From positions 1 to 36,089 of the IMG/VR virus record IMGVR_UViG_3300045988_025132: a DNA stretch of 36,089 nt; one strand, 5' to 3'. The notes below the pieces were generated by a model. The model had not been told where the DNA came from. It did not search any database and was given only the letters and a program-made list of their open reading frames with translations. Below, in pieces: positions 22,836 to 33,700 of the stretch. This stretch comes from a virus. Position 1 is the first letter of the stretch. Each line of letters opens with the position of its first letter. A program made the position numbers and the translations under genes.

Positions 22836-23159
22836 TTATCCTCTCAAGTTTCTATCTACTATTTTTTTAACTTCTTCAATATTTCCTTTTAGCTCTCCAA
22901 TGTTTTCATTGAGATGATCCATTCTTTGGACAAGAGCTAGAATTATTTTTTGGTCTTCTTGATGTTTGTCAAGACGATCATTATGGTTTTTAATAATTTT
23001 CTCGATTTCATGGTCGACGACCTCTAGTTTAGTGATTCTGTGCTCTAATTTGGAGGCGCGTGATTGACTAGAAAAATAGAAACTCGCGCTTGAAATGGAA
23101 ATTGGAAGAATGACAGTTATAAGCCAGTTCATCAAATCTGGCTCGGTTTGATTTACCAC
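22836..23159 (-). CDS. Membrane protein with one TM helix and a coiled coil (possible second holin or lysis regulator)
   Basis: 107 aa with a GTG start after AAAGGAGG. The TM segment is WLITVILPISISSASFYF. Confidence 0.5.
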   Translation of the reverse strand: MVNQTEPDLMNWLITVILPISISSASFYFSSQSRASKLEHRITKLEVVDHEIEKIIKNHNDRLDKHQEDQKIILALVQRMDHLNENIGELKGNIEEVKKIVDRNLRG

Positions 23160-23174
23160 GACATACCTCCTTTT

Positions 23175-23321
23175 TTATTCTTGTGTAAGTTTTGCCAATA
23201 GCTCCTCGTCGTTAACCATAGCTGCGATTAGTTCTTTTACTTTTGGTTTTAATACTTTTGGAACTCGTTTAAATGTGTAGTTGTTATTAACAATATTTAT
23301 TGCGAATAGTTTAGCAAACAT
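23175..23321 (-). CDS. Small hypothetical protein (48 aa)
   Basis: My translation: MFAKLFAINIVNNNYTFKRVPKVLKPKVKELIAAMVNDEELLAKLTQE. RBS AAAGGA. It fills the gap between two tightly packed genes. Confidence 0.45.
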   Translation of the reverse strand: MFAKLFAINIVNNNYTFKRVPKVLKPKVKELIAAMVNDEELLAKLTQE

Positions 23322-23327
23322 ATTTTT

Positions 23328-23744
23328 TTATCCTTTCTCTTTATCATCAGTCAAGTCTTCATCACTCAACAATTTTTTCTCACTAAGTTTTTTAATAATA
23401 CTCATCAATGTCTCTTGTGCGGTGTTTGATGCATCTTGCTGCTTCTTTATTTGTTCTTCCATCTTAGCAATGGTATCAGTAGCTTTTTTACTTAATGCTT
23501 CGTATTCTTTGATTTTTTCATCAAGCTCATTAAATTTTTCATTTTCCGCACGTTGTGGGAAATTTTCCTGATAAATGACTTCTAGCGCTGCATTTAAAAG
23601 TTCGGTATTTGATAAGTCGATTTTATCGACTGGCAAAAAGACGGGTACGTAAGCGCCATCTCTGTTTCTCAAAACTACTTTTGTGGCGTAAGCTGCACCA
23701 CTTGCATCGTATTCTTTTGATTTTGATTCGTATTCAAATTTCAT
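23328..23744 (-). CDS. Conserved streptococcal-phage protein (DUF1366-like)
   Basis: 138 aa, positioned between the tail tip genes and the holin genes. The family assignment is from memory. Confidence 0.5.
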   Translation of the reverse strand: MKFEYESKSKEYDASGAAYATKVVLRNRDGAYVPVFLPVDKIDLSNTELLNAALEVIYQENFPQRAENEKFNELDEKIKEYEALSKKATDTIAKMEEQIKKQQDASNTAQETLMSIIKKLSEKKLLSDEDLTDDKEKG

Positions 23745-23758
23745 TTTTTTCCTTTCAT

Positions 23759-25789
23759 TTATAGCATTATTGTTAGTTGACCTTTGTAAGTTGTGCCATT
23801 ACCAGTATTCAAAACAGTAATAACACTACTACCGTTATCAATTTGTACATGAGAGTCATAACTTGTAAGTGCCGACCAGCTTGCAATTGTAAACATATAT
23901 GATTGTGGTGCTTTAAATACTTCTGGAGGCAATCTAGCTATATCCATATTGTTGCCGTTTCCAGCAAAGTTGTATCTAACTGTAAGAACATCTCCCACCC
24001 GCTTATAAAAGCTGCCTTCATATCCTGCGGGTTGCCACCCAGTGTTGACGAGGTTTGGGTGGTCGTTACTAGTAAATTCCTTCCACGGCTCCCAGTCGTC
24101 GATTATCTTAGACCATCTGTGATGTCTGAAAAACAACCGACCATCATTACTCCAAAAAGTCTGAATAGCTTCTTTATAATCATCAACATTTTTACCATAA
24201 CAACTGTGGTGGAATAAGTACCCCCAATTTCCATTAGGATTTCCTGGTGCATATGATGCAAGGTAATATTGACCAGGTTTATCAAGGAGATTAGCATTTA
24301 TAAAATCTGGGTTTCCATAAATCCAGGTAGGGGAACCGTTATTGTTAGTAATCTGATATTGCTGAATCTGACTGTTGTTAGCGTAGATGTCACCAGCCAC
24401 GTCAAGAGCACCACGCTCTCGGTACTTACCAATCCCAACGCCTTGACGGTCGTAGGTCATAATAACTTCATCTGTTGGAACAGTGACTTGGAATGAAGCA
24501 CTTGTAAACTCGTCTTCTAATTTACCTGTAACTATATATGATGTATCTGCAGGGTAACGATTACCAAGGTTTGCATTAGATGCGTTAAATTCAGAAATGT
24601 TTGACCAATATCCACCGGCTTGGCCATTATCTGGCACTTCGTTATCAGAATCGACTTTTCGTGTGGTGAAAGTCAGTTTCATAGTGTTTTTCTGAACACC
24701 GTTCACAGTCAGTGGTGCTATTTTGGCGAATCTCTTAATAGTTAGTATATCTAACTTCTTATCGCTTCTCTTCACCTCAAATCTTAGAGCTGGACTAAAG
24801 TAGAATAAAAACATTAGTTTCGTCTCTATCCAATCAGACCATATTCCACGACTGTCTTGGACTCTTCCTCTTAAGGTCATTTCAGTGTCTTTGTTAACAG
24901 ACACCTCACGCAACACCCCGCCATTCTCAGTAACAGAATTGTTAGCGCCAACAATTTCAGCATAGTAACCAGCTATGGTAGCCCCGCTCTTGGCTTGCGC
25001 TCCATTAAATGTAACTTTGACAAGCGACATGATGGATACAAAATACTTCTGCTCTGGGATTATTCTTTGAGATACTGGATTAGCATCTGTCAACGTGAAA
25101 CCAGTTAACGACGGCTTCATGTTATTTGTGATAACACTTGCCGTGAACGTTGTCGACTGTGTTTGAATGAAATTTCCATTAATATAAGTATCTACATATA
25201 TAGTACCCCATCCACTTGTTGAATTTGGTATATCGTTAGCGAAATCTTCTGGAATTGTCCATTTATACGACGTTCCAACATTATTGGCAATTTCACCTTG
25301 CTTGTTTCCCCAAGCGTAGCGTAGTGTATGTGTAGCGCCACCTATTTTTCTATCGATAGAAATGTCTACTTGATTGCCAATGAATCCATCAGACACTCTC
25401 ACCGAGCTTCCCCTTGGGATAGTTGTCAGTGTTATTTGCTGATTACCAATATCTAGATTCCCAGGACTCCAACCACCAGAACCACTGAAATGAGCGTATA
25501 CACCGAAGACACCTGAACCATCGTCAGCATGACTAACAGTAATTGTTTGGTCTATCAATTGGATTGTTTGATTCCAGCCCAGCACGCTAGGAGAACCTGA
25601 CCAATTCAATCGTTGACCGTTAAAATCGACAAAAGCACTACATGTGTATTGAGCAAAAGTGGTTGTCGTATTTAATAGTGCCAATCTAATACGAACATCA
25701 CTTGTATTGTTTTGGATATCTTGACCAACCTGGTCGACCCAAAGACGGATACGATATCCACGGTCGTTATTACTCCAAAATTCAGCCAT
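23759..25789 (-). CDS. Baseplate/tail fibre protein (putative receptor-binding component)
   Basis: 676 aa with a TAATG overlap with the Tal stop. It is the last large gene of the tail module. Confidence 0.6.
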   Translation of the reverse strand: MAEFWSNNDRGYRIRLWVDQVGQDIQNNTSDVRIRLALLNTTTTFAQYTCSAFVDFNGQRLNWSGSPSVLGWNQTIQLIDQTITVSHADDGSGVFGVYAHFSGSGGWSPGNLDIGNQQITLTTIPRGSSVRVSDGFIGNQVDISIDRKIGGATHTLRYAWGNKQGEIANNVGTSYKWTIPEDFANDIPNSTSGWGTIYVDTYINGNFIQTQSTTFTASVITNNMKPSLTGFTLTDANPVSQRIIPEQKYFVSIMSLVKVTFNGAQAKSGATIAGYYAEIVGANNSVTENGGVLREVSVNKDTEMTLRGRVQDSRGIWSDWIETKLMFLFYFSPALRFEVKRSDKKLDILTIKRFAKIAPLTVNGVQKNTMKLTFTTRKVDSDNEVPDNGQAGGYWSNISEFNASNANLGNRYPADTSYIVTGKLEDEFTSASFQVTVPTDEVIMTYDRQGVGIGKYRERGALDVAGDIYANNSQIQQYQITNNNGSPTWIYGNPDFINANLLDKPGQYYLASYAPGNPNGNWGYLFHHSCYGKNVDDYKEAIQTFWSNDGRLFFRHHRWSKIIDDWEPWKEFTSNDHPNLVNTGWQPAGYEGSFYKRVGDVLTVRYNFAGNGNNMDIARLPPEVFKAPQSYMFTIASWSALTSYDSHVQIDNGSSVITVLNTGNGTTYKGQLTIML

Positions 25790-28700
25790 TATGCACCTCC
25801 TACGTATCGAATGACATTTCTGTCAGGGTTAATAACGTCTTGCTCTTCACGATATCGTCCGATTTGGATAGTTTTCGAGAAAATACCATTTTCAATATGG
25901 ATCACACCTTGCGAGATATACATTACCTCGTGCCCAGCTGAGAACATTGATATACGCCCATCAGGACTGAAAAGCATAGAACTAGAATTATCTGTTTTAC
26001 CAACAACAAGACCTTCATTCGATGCACTCATGTAGCTATCAATGAAATTCCAACGCTCTGACATATCGTTTAAGTTATTTTCTAGTTTCACTACTCGTGC
26101 ACTAGCATCAGCTAAATCTTTTTCAGCTTGTGCACGATTGGCATTGTTTGCATTAACGAAATCTTGATAGGCTTTCACCCACTGATTGAGTGTATCAAGT
26201 GACGCTTTAGCGTCTAATTCAGCTTTAATAATAGAGTTCGTTTCGTTCAGTCTGTTGAGTTGTGCTTGTGTTAGGACATCATCGGCTTTGGAATCAATCT
26301 CTTCTTGTATGTCCTCGATGGCTGGTGTCCACTGAGTAGGTATGTCACCTTCTTCGAGTTTGATATTCTTAATTATTACCCAATTACCGTTTGTTGTTGG
26401 CATACCTGATAAGTAGACAAATTGAGTTAAATCATCTGGAAGAGTTTCTTTACTTTTCAATACACATGATACTTTAGTCCACTGATTTGCATTAGCTTTA
26501 TTCATAGTAACATAGTCAGTTAACAACCCATTCCAGTCACCTCTTGCTAGCATTGCATAGAAAGTTACATCAGCGCTTGGTTTAACATCGAACGAAAGAA
26601 CATACTTAGTGTTCGGCTGTATGAGTTCACGCAGCAAACCGTTATATGAAATGTAATTCCAACCAGTGTTTGCTGTTGTTGAACCTTTGATTAGTTTTAC
26701 AGCACGAATGCCATCAACATTGACTTCCTCAATGCTCTTGTCACCGTTTTCTAGCGACCAATCCCAATTAGTAATACCTTGATTGGTTTTTACAAGTAAG
26801 TTTCTACCCCCAACTGAAACGCTACCAACCATATCACTCCACTTATAATCTGCTGGGTTTGTGCTGTCTTCTTTTGTGAAGTTGGTTAGCACACCTAAAT
26901 AGCGTTTATTTCCAGTCTGAGTTAAACTGAACCCAGTTTGACCATCGGCGCTATCTGCGTAAGCGAAATGAACATAAGGCGTACGTCCGTCTGCCCCCGG
27001 TTTTCCTGGAATACCGTCTCGTCCATCACTACCTTTCCACTTAGACCAACGATAGTCTTGAGGGTTATTACTATCAACTTCATTGAAGTCTTGGTACATA
27101 CCAATATAGGCTTTGTTGACATCTGTTTGACTAAAGCCACTACCTGAAATTGTGTCAGCGTAAGCGATATGTGTATATTGCGTTTTTCCGTCTGCTCCTT
27201 TAGGTCCAGGAATCCCTTGCTCTCCCCGTGGTCCTTGCGGTCCTTGAATACCTTGTGGACCTTGGTCACCCTTGTCTCCTTTAGGGCCTGTCTCACCCAT
27301 TTTAGAAACTGAATATCCAGTCTCGCTAGTATTGTCTGTATAATTCCAAATAGTCTTAGTCCATAGATATTGACCTGCTGGCACATTCGGCACTTGACTA
27401 TTCCAACCGCTTGTTGGTGGGACAGTTCCAGATGTTCCTTGTGCGTAAGTGATTGTGGTATTACGTATACCAACGCCATCTTTACCCGGAAGGCCATCAT
27501 TACCGTTATTACCATCTTTAGCAATATAAGTCTTTTGATAACCAGTCTCACTTGTACTATCAGTATACGTCCACTGAGTTTTAGTCCATAGGTATTTCCC
27601 TTTAATCAAAGTTGGTGGGTTTGCAGTCCAACTCGTAGGCATGATAGTATCACTGTCAGACATGCCGTAAGTGATTGTGGTAGATTTCAAGCCTATCCCG
27701 TCTTTACCAGGTAAGCCGTCATTACCTCTATCGCCCTTAGGTCCTTGTTTACCATCTGATACATTTACAAAAGTAACTTCTTCTGAAGCTACTTCTTTGT
27801 TATCTACCCACGCAGCAATCGTCAACGTTGTTGGTTGAGTTATCTCTGACGCTACCATATCGTAAGTCATACCTACGTATTTAATAGTTCCGTCAATCAC
27901 AAATCGATAAGTTGCATTAACGATTTTATCGCCTTGTTTCAAAATCGGTTTAACAGTAGAGCGACCAATACCATTCTTAAATACTGTACCATTCGTGGTC
28001 CTTATCTCAACATGATATGGCAATGACTTAGAAACAATCTCGTCGATACGTTGTTGCAAGGCGTCTGTTGGCTTGTTTGCGAGTTTTTTAAAATTAGTAA
28101 AAACAACCGAATTGTTTGTAGGATTGTCGAAGCTGATAATCATTTCAGATACACGCGCTTCGAGGGCTAAACCACCTCTAAAATTATTATCGATGATTTT
28201 AACAGTGTCACCTAGATTAATATCCTTGTAGTTTTCAATGAAACTAGATTGAACGCTGACAGTATATGTCATTAGAGGATAAGCATACTGTTTGATAGTA
28301 CGCAAGGCATAAGCTTTGAGGGAATCAACATCACTGTATTCTGTTTGAAAGTCCCTACGTGTCCATCTATCTATTTCATTAGCACCACCCAATGCAGATG
28401 GATATTTATCTGCTGACAGTGGTGCGTAAATAACAGCGTCGCCTTTAGGAGTATAAAACTCTATCTTTCCTAACTCGTTCTTTTCCTCTAATTCAACACT
28501 TGCAAGGTTTAAGCCGTCTTTTCCGAGAAAATAGCCATAGTTAAAAAGTTGGGTCTTATCGCTAGATACTTGGACGCCTTTCAATCCGTTTTGATAATAG
28601 AGAATGACGTCACCTCGGACCTTACCAATCCCATGGTGGTTTTCATCTGGGCGTTGGTAGATGTCGATGACGAAGCGCTTCAAAGTGCCATCTCGGTTTA

Positions 28701-29229
28701 ATTCGGTACGGAAAATAAACTCAGCACCAAACTGGTTCATTAAACTATGAAGTTGTTCTAGCTTAGTGCCACTTTGTGATTCAAAAGTTAGTGTTCTTGT
28801 CTTGTCAGAGACTTCATTAATACCGATTTCTAGTCCTGCAAATCCCAATAATTCAAGTCTTTGAAGATACCATTCCAGAGTTTTAGCACCGTCAACACTA
28901 GCTAACGGACGTGATATTTCTGCTGCAAGTTCCAAGTTGGTATTATTACAAGTTACTTGAAAACTAAAATCATTTTCAACGAGTTGAGAGACATAGAAAA
29001 CGTGGTATGAATTATCGTAGTAAAATGACACGTACATTTGGTCGTTGATGTATTTGATGTCATCGTGAAGTTTCCCGTTCACAATTTTAGGAATCGTAAA
29101 GTCAAATGTGCTGGTTGAGTATTCAAGGTAGGTGTGCCATTGACTGTTCGTATATGACAACATTCCGGGAATTTTATTATTCAATGCACACACCTTGCGC
29201 ATGCTTTTATCATGAATCCAAATTTGCAT
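25789..29229 (-). CDS. Tail-associated/host-specificity (antireceptor) protein with collagen-like repeats
   Basis: I place the start at ATG 29229 (TAATG overlap with the Dit stop, GAAGGAG upstream). The N-terminus is prophage-tail-endopeptidase-like. The central part has four Gly-X-Y tracts, and a coiled-coil C-terminus follows. Confidence 0.8.
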   Translation of the reverse strand: MQIWIHDKSMRKVCALNNKIPGMLSYTNSQWHTYLEYSTSTFDFTIPKIVNGKLHDDIKYINDQMYVSFYYDNSYHVFYVSQLVENDFSFQVTCNNTNLELAAEISRPLASVDGAKTLEWYLQRLELLGFAGLEIGINEVSDKTRTLTFESQSGTKLEQLHSLMNQFGAEFIFRTELNRDGTLKRFVIDIYQRPDENHHGIGKVRGDVILYYQNGLKGVQVSSDKTQLFNYGYFLGKDGLNLASVELEEKNELGKIEFYTPKGDAVIYAPLSADKYPSALGGANEIDRWTRRDFQTEYSDVDSLKAYALRTIKQYAYPLMTYTVSVQSSFIENYKDINLGDTVKIIDNNFRGGLALEARVSEMIISFDNPTNNSVVFTNFKKLANKPTDALQQRIDEIVSKSLPYHVEIRTTNGTVFKNGIGRSTVKPILKQGDKIVNATYRFVIDGTIKYVGMTYDMVASEITQPTTLTIAAWVDNKEVASEEVTFVNVSDGKQGPKGDRGNDGLPGKDGIGLKSTTITYGMSDSDTIMPTSWTANPPTLIKGKYLWTKTQWTYTDSTSETGYQKTYIAKDGNNGNDGLPGKDGVGIRNTTITYAQGTSGTVPPTSGWNSQVPNVPAGQYLWTKTIWNYTDNTSETGYSVSKMGETGPKGDKGDQGPQGIQGPQGPRGEQGIPGPKGADGKTQYTHIAYADTISGSGFSQTDVNKAYIGMYQDFNEVDSNNPQDYRWSKWKGSDGRDGIPGKPGADGRTPYVHFAYADSADGQTGFSLTQTGNKRYLGVLTNFTKEDSTNPADYKWSDMVGSVSVGGRNLLVKTNQGITNWDWSLENGDKSIEEVNVDGIRAVKLIKGSTTANTGWNYISYNGLLRELIQPNTKYVLSFDVKPSADVTFYAMLARGDWNGLLTDYVTMNKANANQWTKVSCVLKSKETLPDDLTQFVYLSGMPTTNGNWVIIKNIKLEEGDIPTQWTPAIEDIQEEIDSKADDVLTQAQLNRLNETNSIIKAELDAKASLDTLNQWVKAYQDFVNANNANRAQAEKDLADASARVVKLENNLNDMSERWNFIDSYMSASNEGLVVGKTDNSSSMLFSPDGRISMFSAGHEVMYISQGVIHIENGIFSKTIQIGRYREEQDVINPDRNVIRYVGGA
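26983..27753 (-). repeat. Collagen-like Gly-X-Y tracts separating two pairs of duplicated domains (variable region)
   Basis: Gly-X-Y tracts lie at about 27691-27753, 27470-27516, 27190-27298 and 26983-27033. Two domain pairs are each tandem paralogues: ...TITYG...YLWTKTQWTYTDSTSETGY / ...TITYAQG...YLWTKTIWNYTDNTSETGY, and YTHIAYAD.../YVHFAYAD... Confidence 0.85.
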
Positions 29230-30794
29230 TAGACAAAACGCTCCTTCCATGAAATTTCAATCGTTGGGTCGTTTCTTATCCAACTATTTGTATAGATGTC
29301 AATTTCTGTTTCACCAGCTCCAATGCTGAACGGCTCAGACAGGTATGTTAACTCGTTAGATGCTAGCAAATTGTCAATTAAGGTTTTACCATTTGCCATA
29401 TCTATTTCAAGAATAGAACCACTACGGAAACGATTAGGGATGTCTTCCTCTTTGGTAACTTGGTGTTTGGCGTAAACAAAACTATCAAGATAGAGATGTG
29501 TAATTAATGGCCAATCTTTGATACCAAAAATACCAATGTGGATTTTGCCTGATTTTTTGCCTTTAATCTCTGGAACAGTAAACTTAGGATAAGAGCCTTG
29601 CCAGTAGAATTGAAGGACATCGTCAAAACGTTGTACGTCAGACCAACCTTGTGGTTCATTAAATGGGTTAGCCGTTGATACATGAGTTCCATAGAAATGT
29701 TTTCTATCGAGAACTTTATATCCACCTTTCCCATCTGACGCTAAGAAATTATAAAAACAGCCAAAACCATTAGTATGTTTGAGAGTTTCTACACCGTATA
29801 AAAATTCTCCATTGGCATCTGTTACAGATATTTTTATGAAACCAAATTGGTTGGGAGAACCCAACCATAATATTTGTCTCCACCAAAAATATTCATACAG
29901 CGCACCCTTTTCACCGTTGCTATCAGCTGGAATATCCCAAGTCAATGAACCACCTCGTAGATATGTGTCACCACTACCTCTGTTAGCCAAGGCAATGTGT
30001 GGTCTACCCCAAGCATTATCAATCGTAAGCGTTCCATTCAGTGATTGGCTACCATCATTAAAACGCCCTTGGTTTTTAATACCAACTTCAAACCCTTTAG
30101 TAATCCAATTGTTAGAAACATAGTCAAACAGAATTTCAGACTTCTTAACATTTTCCGTATCTGATTCATTAGGATTACCAATTTCATAGCTTTCGGTAGC
30201 GCTTTTGACAATCCCAACCCAGCCATTATCAGAATTAAATTTTAACTTGATGTTTGGGTAAGTTTCAGCTGTACCAAAATTCTTTAGTGTAGCCTTGTAA
30301 TGCCCTGTAGATACTTTCTTAATGCTACCGTACTTGGTTTCGCCGTCGCTACTTACTAGAGCTTGTGCCTTATTTTCGGCATGACTCTTTGGCACATCGA
30401 ACGTAACCGACACCTTTGCTGTAATAGGTGCAGTGTTCTTATCCACCGTTAAGGACACTTGACCAGATGGAATAGCTTCCCAAACTTTGTTGGGTTCGTC
30501 ACCAAAAATCAATGTTTTAGGTTCATCTACGTTGAGATAACCACCAAGTGTTTCAGCTACACTATTAAAATAATCGAAGTTACCAACTAGATTAAAAGAT
30601 ACTTGAATCTGCTTGACTGATAATGTGCTATACAGAAATTGTTGCCCATAACGTCTGTGACCTTGGTCTTGATAGTTATTATTAAAGTTAGATGCCACGT
30701 TTTTGGTGACATCCACTGGAACGGCACGTCCTTGACCTTCATTGAATAATTCGGTTAAGTTCTTGCCGTCATAAGTTACTGACATTCCTATCAA
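29229..30794 (-). CDS. Distal tail protein (Dit), extended form
   Basis: 521 aa immediately after the tape measure gene. The TTG start lies 9 nt after AGGAGG. The size implies an inserted (carbohydrate-binding-type) domain. Confidence 0.7.
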   Translation of the reverse strand: MIGMSVTYDGKNLTELFNEGQGRAVPVDVTKNVASNFNNNYQDQGHRRYGQQFLYSTLSVKQIQVSFNLVGNFDYFNSVAETLGGYLNVDEPKTLIFGDEPNKVWEAIPSGQVSLTVDKNTAPITAKVSVTFDVPKSHAENKAQALVSSDGETKYGSIKKVSTGHYKATLKNFGTAETYPNIKLKFNSDNGWVGIVKSATESYEIGNPNESDTENVKKSEILFDYVSNNWITKGFEVGIKNQGRFNDGSQSLNGTLTIDNAWGRPHIALANRGSGDTYLRGGSLTWDIPADSNGEKGALYEYFWWRQILWLGSPNQFGFIKISVTDANGEFLYGVETLKHTNGFGCFYNFLASDGKGGYKVLDRKHFYGTHVSTANPFNEPQGWSDVQRFDDVLQFYWQGSYPKFTVPEIKGKKSGKIHIGIFGIKDWPLITHLYLDSFVYAKHQVTKEEDIPNRFRSGSILEIDMANGKTLIDNLLASNELTYLSEPFSIGAGETEIDIYTNSWIRNDPTIEISWKERFV

Positions 30795-33700
30795 ATAATG
30801 CTACCTCCTAACAGCGCTTGCCTGCGCTCATATTCGTTAGTTGCTTTTGTCATAAATGGTGCTAATCCGTTTGAAACGCTTCTACCATCAATGATGTTTT
30901 GAATCTCGATTGGCTTAGAGCCATTAGTTACCAATTGACTAAGCAAACCAATCATAACGTCTAGCTTGCTTTCTAGTACAGAAACACGCTCATGGTTTGG
31001 CGTGCTGTCGTGATTGCTTTGTGGGGCATCGCCCGCAAAACGTGCTACTGCTTCGGAAAGTAATCGCCACGCTCGGCCACGTTTTGCAATATCGGTTGGA
31101 ATAACATACTCTGGCATATCGCCCTCAGCGAGCTCATAGACGCCGTTCTTGTGGACTAGGCCACCGTTTGCGTAACCATAAGCAGCCACACGACTAAAGG
31201 CTGCGTCTGACGTTCCATAGCGGTGTTTGATGTAGTTGATTGCAGCGAGCAAGTTATCGTAACCGTTTCGGATATTGTCGTGACCTTTGTGTTTATACGC
31301 ATTGAAAGTAGGCCCGATGGTTTGCATCAAACCAATAGACGGGTGACCAGCTCTTGCGTTGCTGTCCCAGTTGTTTTGAACAGTTGGATTACCACCCGAT
31401 TCACGCTGAATTGTCGCCAAAATTTTAGACACACGGAAATCATTCGGTTCTATGCCGTTAGCTTGCAAGGCCTTGACTACAGTCTCACGCCAACGAGCAA
31501 CCCCAGTCCCTTGTGGATGGTCTTCACCGCCGCCTGCTGGGCTGAGCAACGGACCAAGCGTTTTCTTAATCCAATCGAACATACCACCAACTTGACGTTT
31601 AATCAAAGTTTGAAGTGGGTTGTTGCGATCTTTAAGTGATTTTCCACTATCACCACTACTTCCAAAATCTCGGACACCGAAATCAAGGAATGTAGCAGCA
31701 TTTTTGACATGACGACCAGTAAATTGATGATATTTACCATCACCATTATAGTTATAATCTTCGCCGTCGTAAGTGTCACCGTGTACTGCTGTTACAAAGT
31801 CAACGTGGTTACTTGAAACTGGCCCCCCTGTGTAGACAGATACTACACCAGGTTTTGGTCTACTTAAGTGTGGCACTCTAGCAGATACCCATTGGTTACC
31901 ATTACCTAGGTGACTAAACAAGCTAGGGTTAACACCAAGATTTGCCAAACGACTAGCAATGAACGATACACACTCACGATAGTAGTATCCCCATGGGTCT
32001 GCTCCAGCATCTTTAGCTTTGTCTTTAAAGCGGTAGTCATCGCCTTTAGCGCCTATAGCTACAGTGCCTTCGTCCATTGAAGCGTTAGCCATTGACCAAA
32101 GTTCTTTCCACCAGTTTTTAGCTTCTCCGACAGGTTTCTTATAGAGTGCGTTACCAAGTGGATTGAACATAGCAGCTAGCTTATCAGCATTAGGACTAAA
32201 TTTTTTGGTTAAAGTTCCAACTGGGTCTTTGACAGTATCAGTGATAAACCCAATCATTTTCATGAATTTGTCAACGCCGTTTTTCATACCATCCCAAACT
32301 GATCCGGCAACATTGGTAGCTGTATTCCAAATTTTAGACCAGAAGCCTGTACCTTTTGCAAAAGCTCCACGTTCAACGCCCGTGAGCATAGCCAATTCAC
32401 TGGCATTGATAACTTCCGAACCAGCTGGCAAGAGGTATTCAACGTTTCGACCTTGTGGCAAGAATGACTTTCCATTAGGCAAGATTACCATTTCTTGGTT
32501 ATTCGTCTCTGGACTATCGTTACCATCGTTTAGTGTAGCAAGTGTTGGTCTAGTGATTGGGTTTCTGTATGAGCTGAATAGACCTGTACCATCCGCAAAT
32601 TTAACTTTAGGGATTTTACCGATTGCGTTCTTCGGACCACCGAAGTCGTGGATTAAGCCGTTGATGCCGTCGATACCATCGTTCGGAATTTTGATGACCG
32701 CATTAATACCGTTACCAGCCAAATCTTTCAAACCGTTCCACATGTCACTGAAGCCATTGCGAATACCATTCCAGATGTCTTGAAATTTGCTTCCGATAGC
32801 GTCTAGATTACTGAAGAGTAAACCTTTTAAATCCTTGCCGAATTTCTTCTTAGTGTCAGCATTCATGTCATCCCAGCGGCCTGATAGGAAATCTTTTGAT
32901 TTGTTCCAAGTTTCAGACCACTTACTATGAATTTCGTCATGTTTATCTTTAACACTTTTAGCTAAATTAGAAACACTTTGTTTCGTATTTCCTTTAATAT
33001 CATTCCATGTATCTGAAATAAACCCCTTCATTGATTTCCAAGTTTTATTCCATCTATCGCTTATCTCGTTTCCACGTTGTTTGATGAGTTCTGCGTTTTC
33101 AGATGTGCTCTTTTTGGTTTTGTTTACAATATTGTCCCAAAATTTTGAAGCGCCTCTTTTTAGGTTATTCCAGTTTTTACTCCACAACTTATTCATTTCC
33201 TCGTTGTGTTTTTCGGTGATTTTTAGTTGTTCATCACTACTCTTTTTATATCCTTTTCCAACTTTAGAAAAGAATTTTCCGATTGAACCAAAAACTTTTT
33301 TAAAACTTTTAACTAAATTATCGACTGACTTCTTGAATTTTTCATTATGCTTATACAGCATCACGAATGCAGCGATAGCAGTAGTTATTCCAACCACGAC
33401 TAAACCAATTGGATTGGAAGCCAAAGCTAAATTCAATGCCTTTTGAGCCACTGTCATTCCTGCTGTAGCTGTTTTCCATGCACGAATACCTTTTACAACT
33501 GCTGTGATCCCATTTGCGATTTTAGAGCCCACAAAATATGCAGCAAACAAAGAACCAACCGTTTCAATAGCTGTTTTATGTTTTGCAATACTACCTAAAG
33601 CATTGGATAGTGATGTGACTTGTCCTTTAGCATTCTTACCATTGCCAGTCATTAAATTGAAAGCACCAGCGACACCTTTAATCATGTCAACGGCAACTTC

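Noticed and set aside
26922-27551. 209-aa minus-strand ORF in an alternative frame inside the Tal gene, and long plus-strand ORFs inside the tape measure gene (32163-32783, 33504-34064) and other genes
   Set aside because: They are fully embedded in genes with clear structural-protein features, they lack RBSs, and their low-complexity composition is typical of shadow frames.
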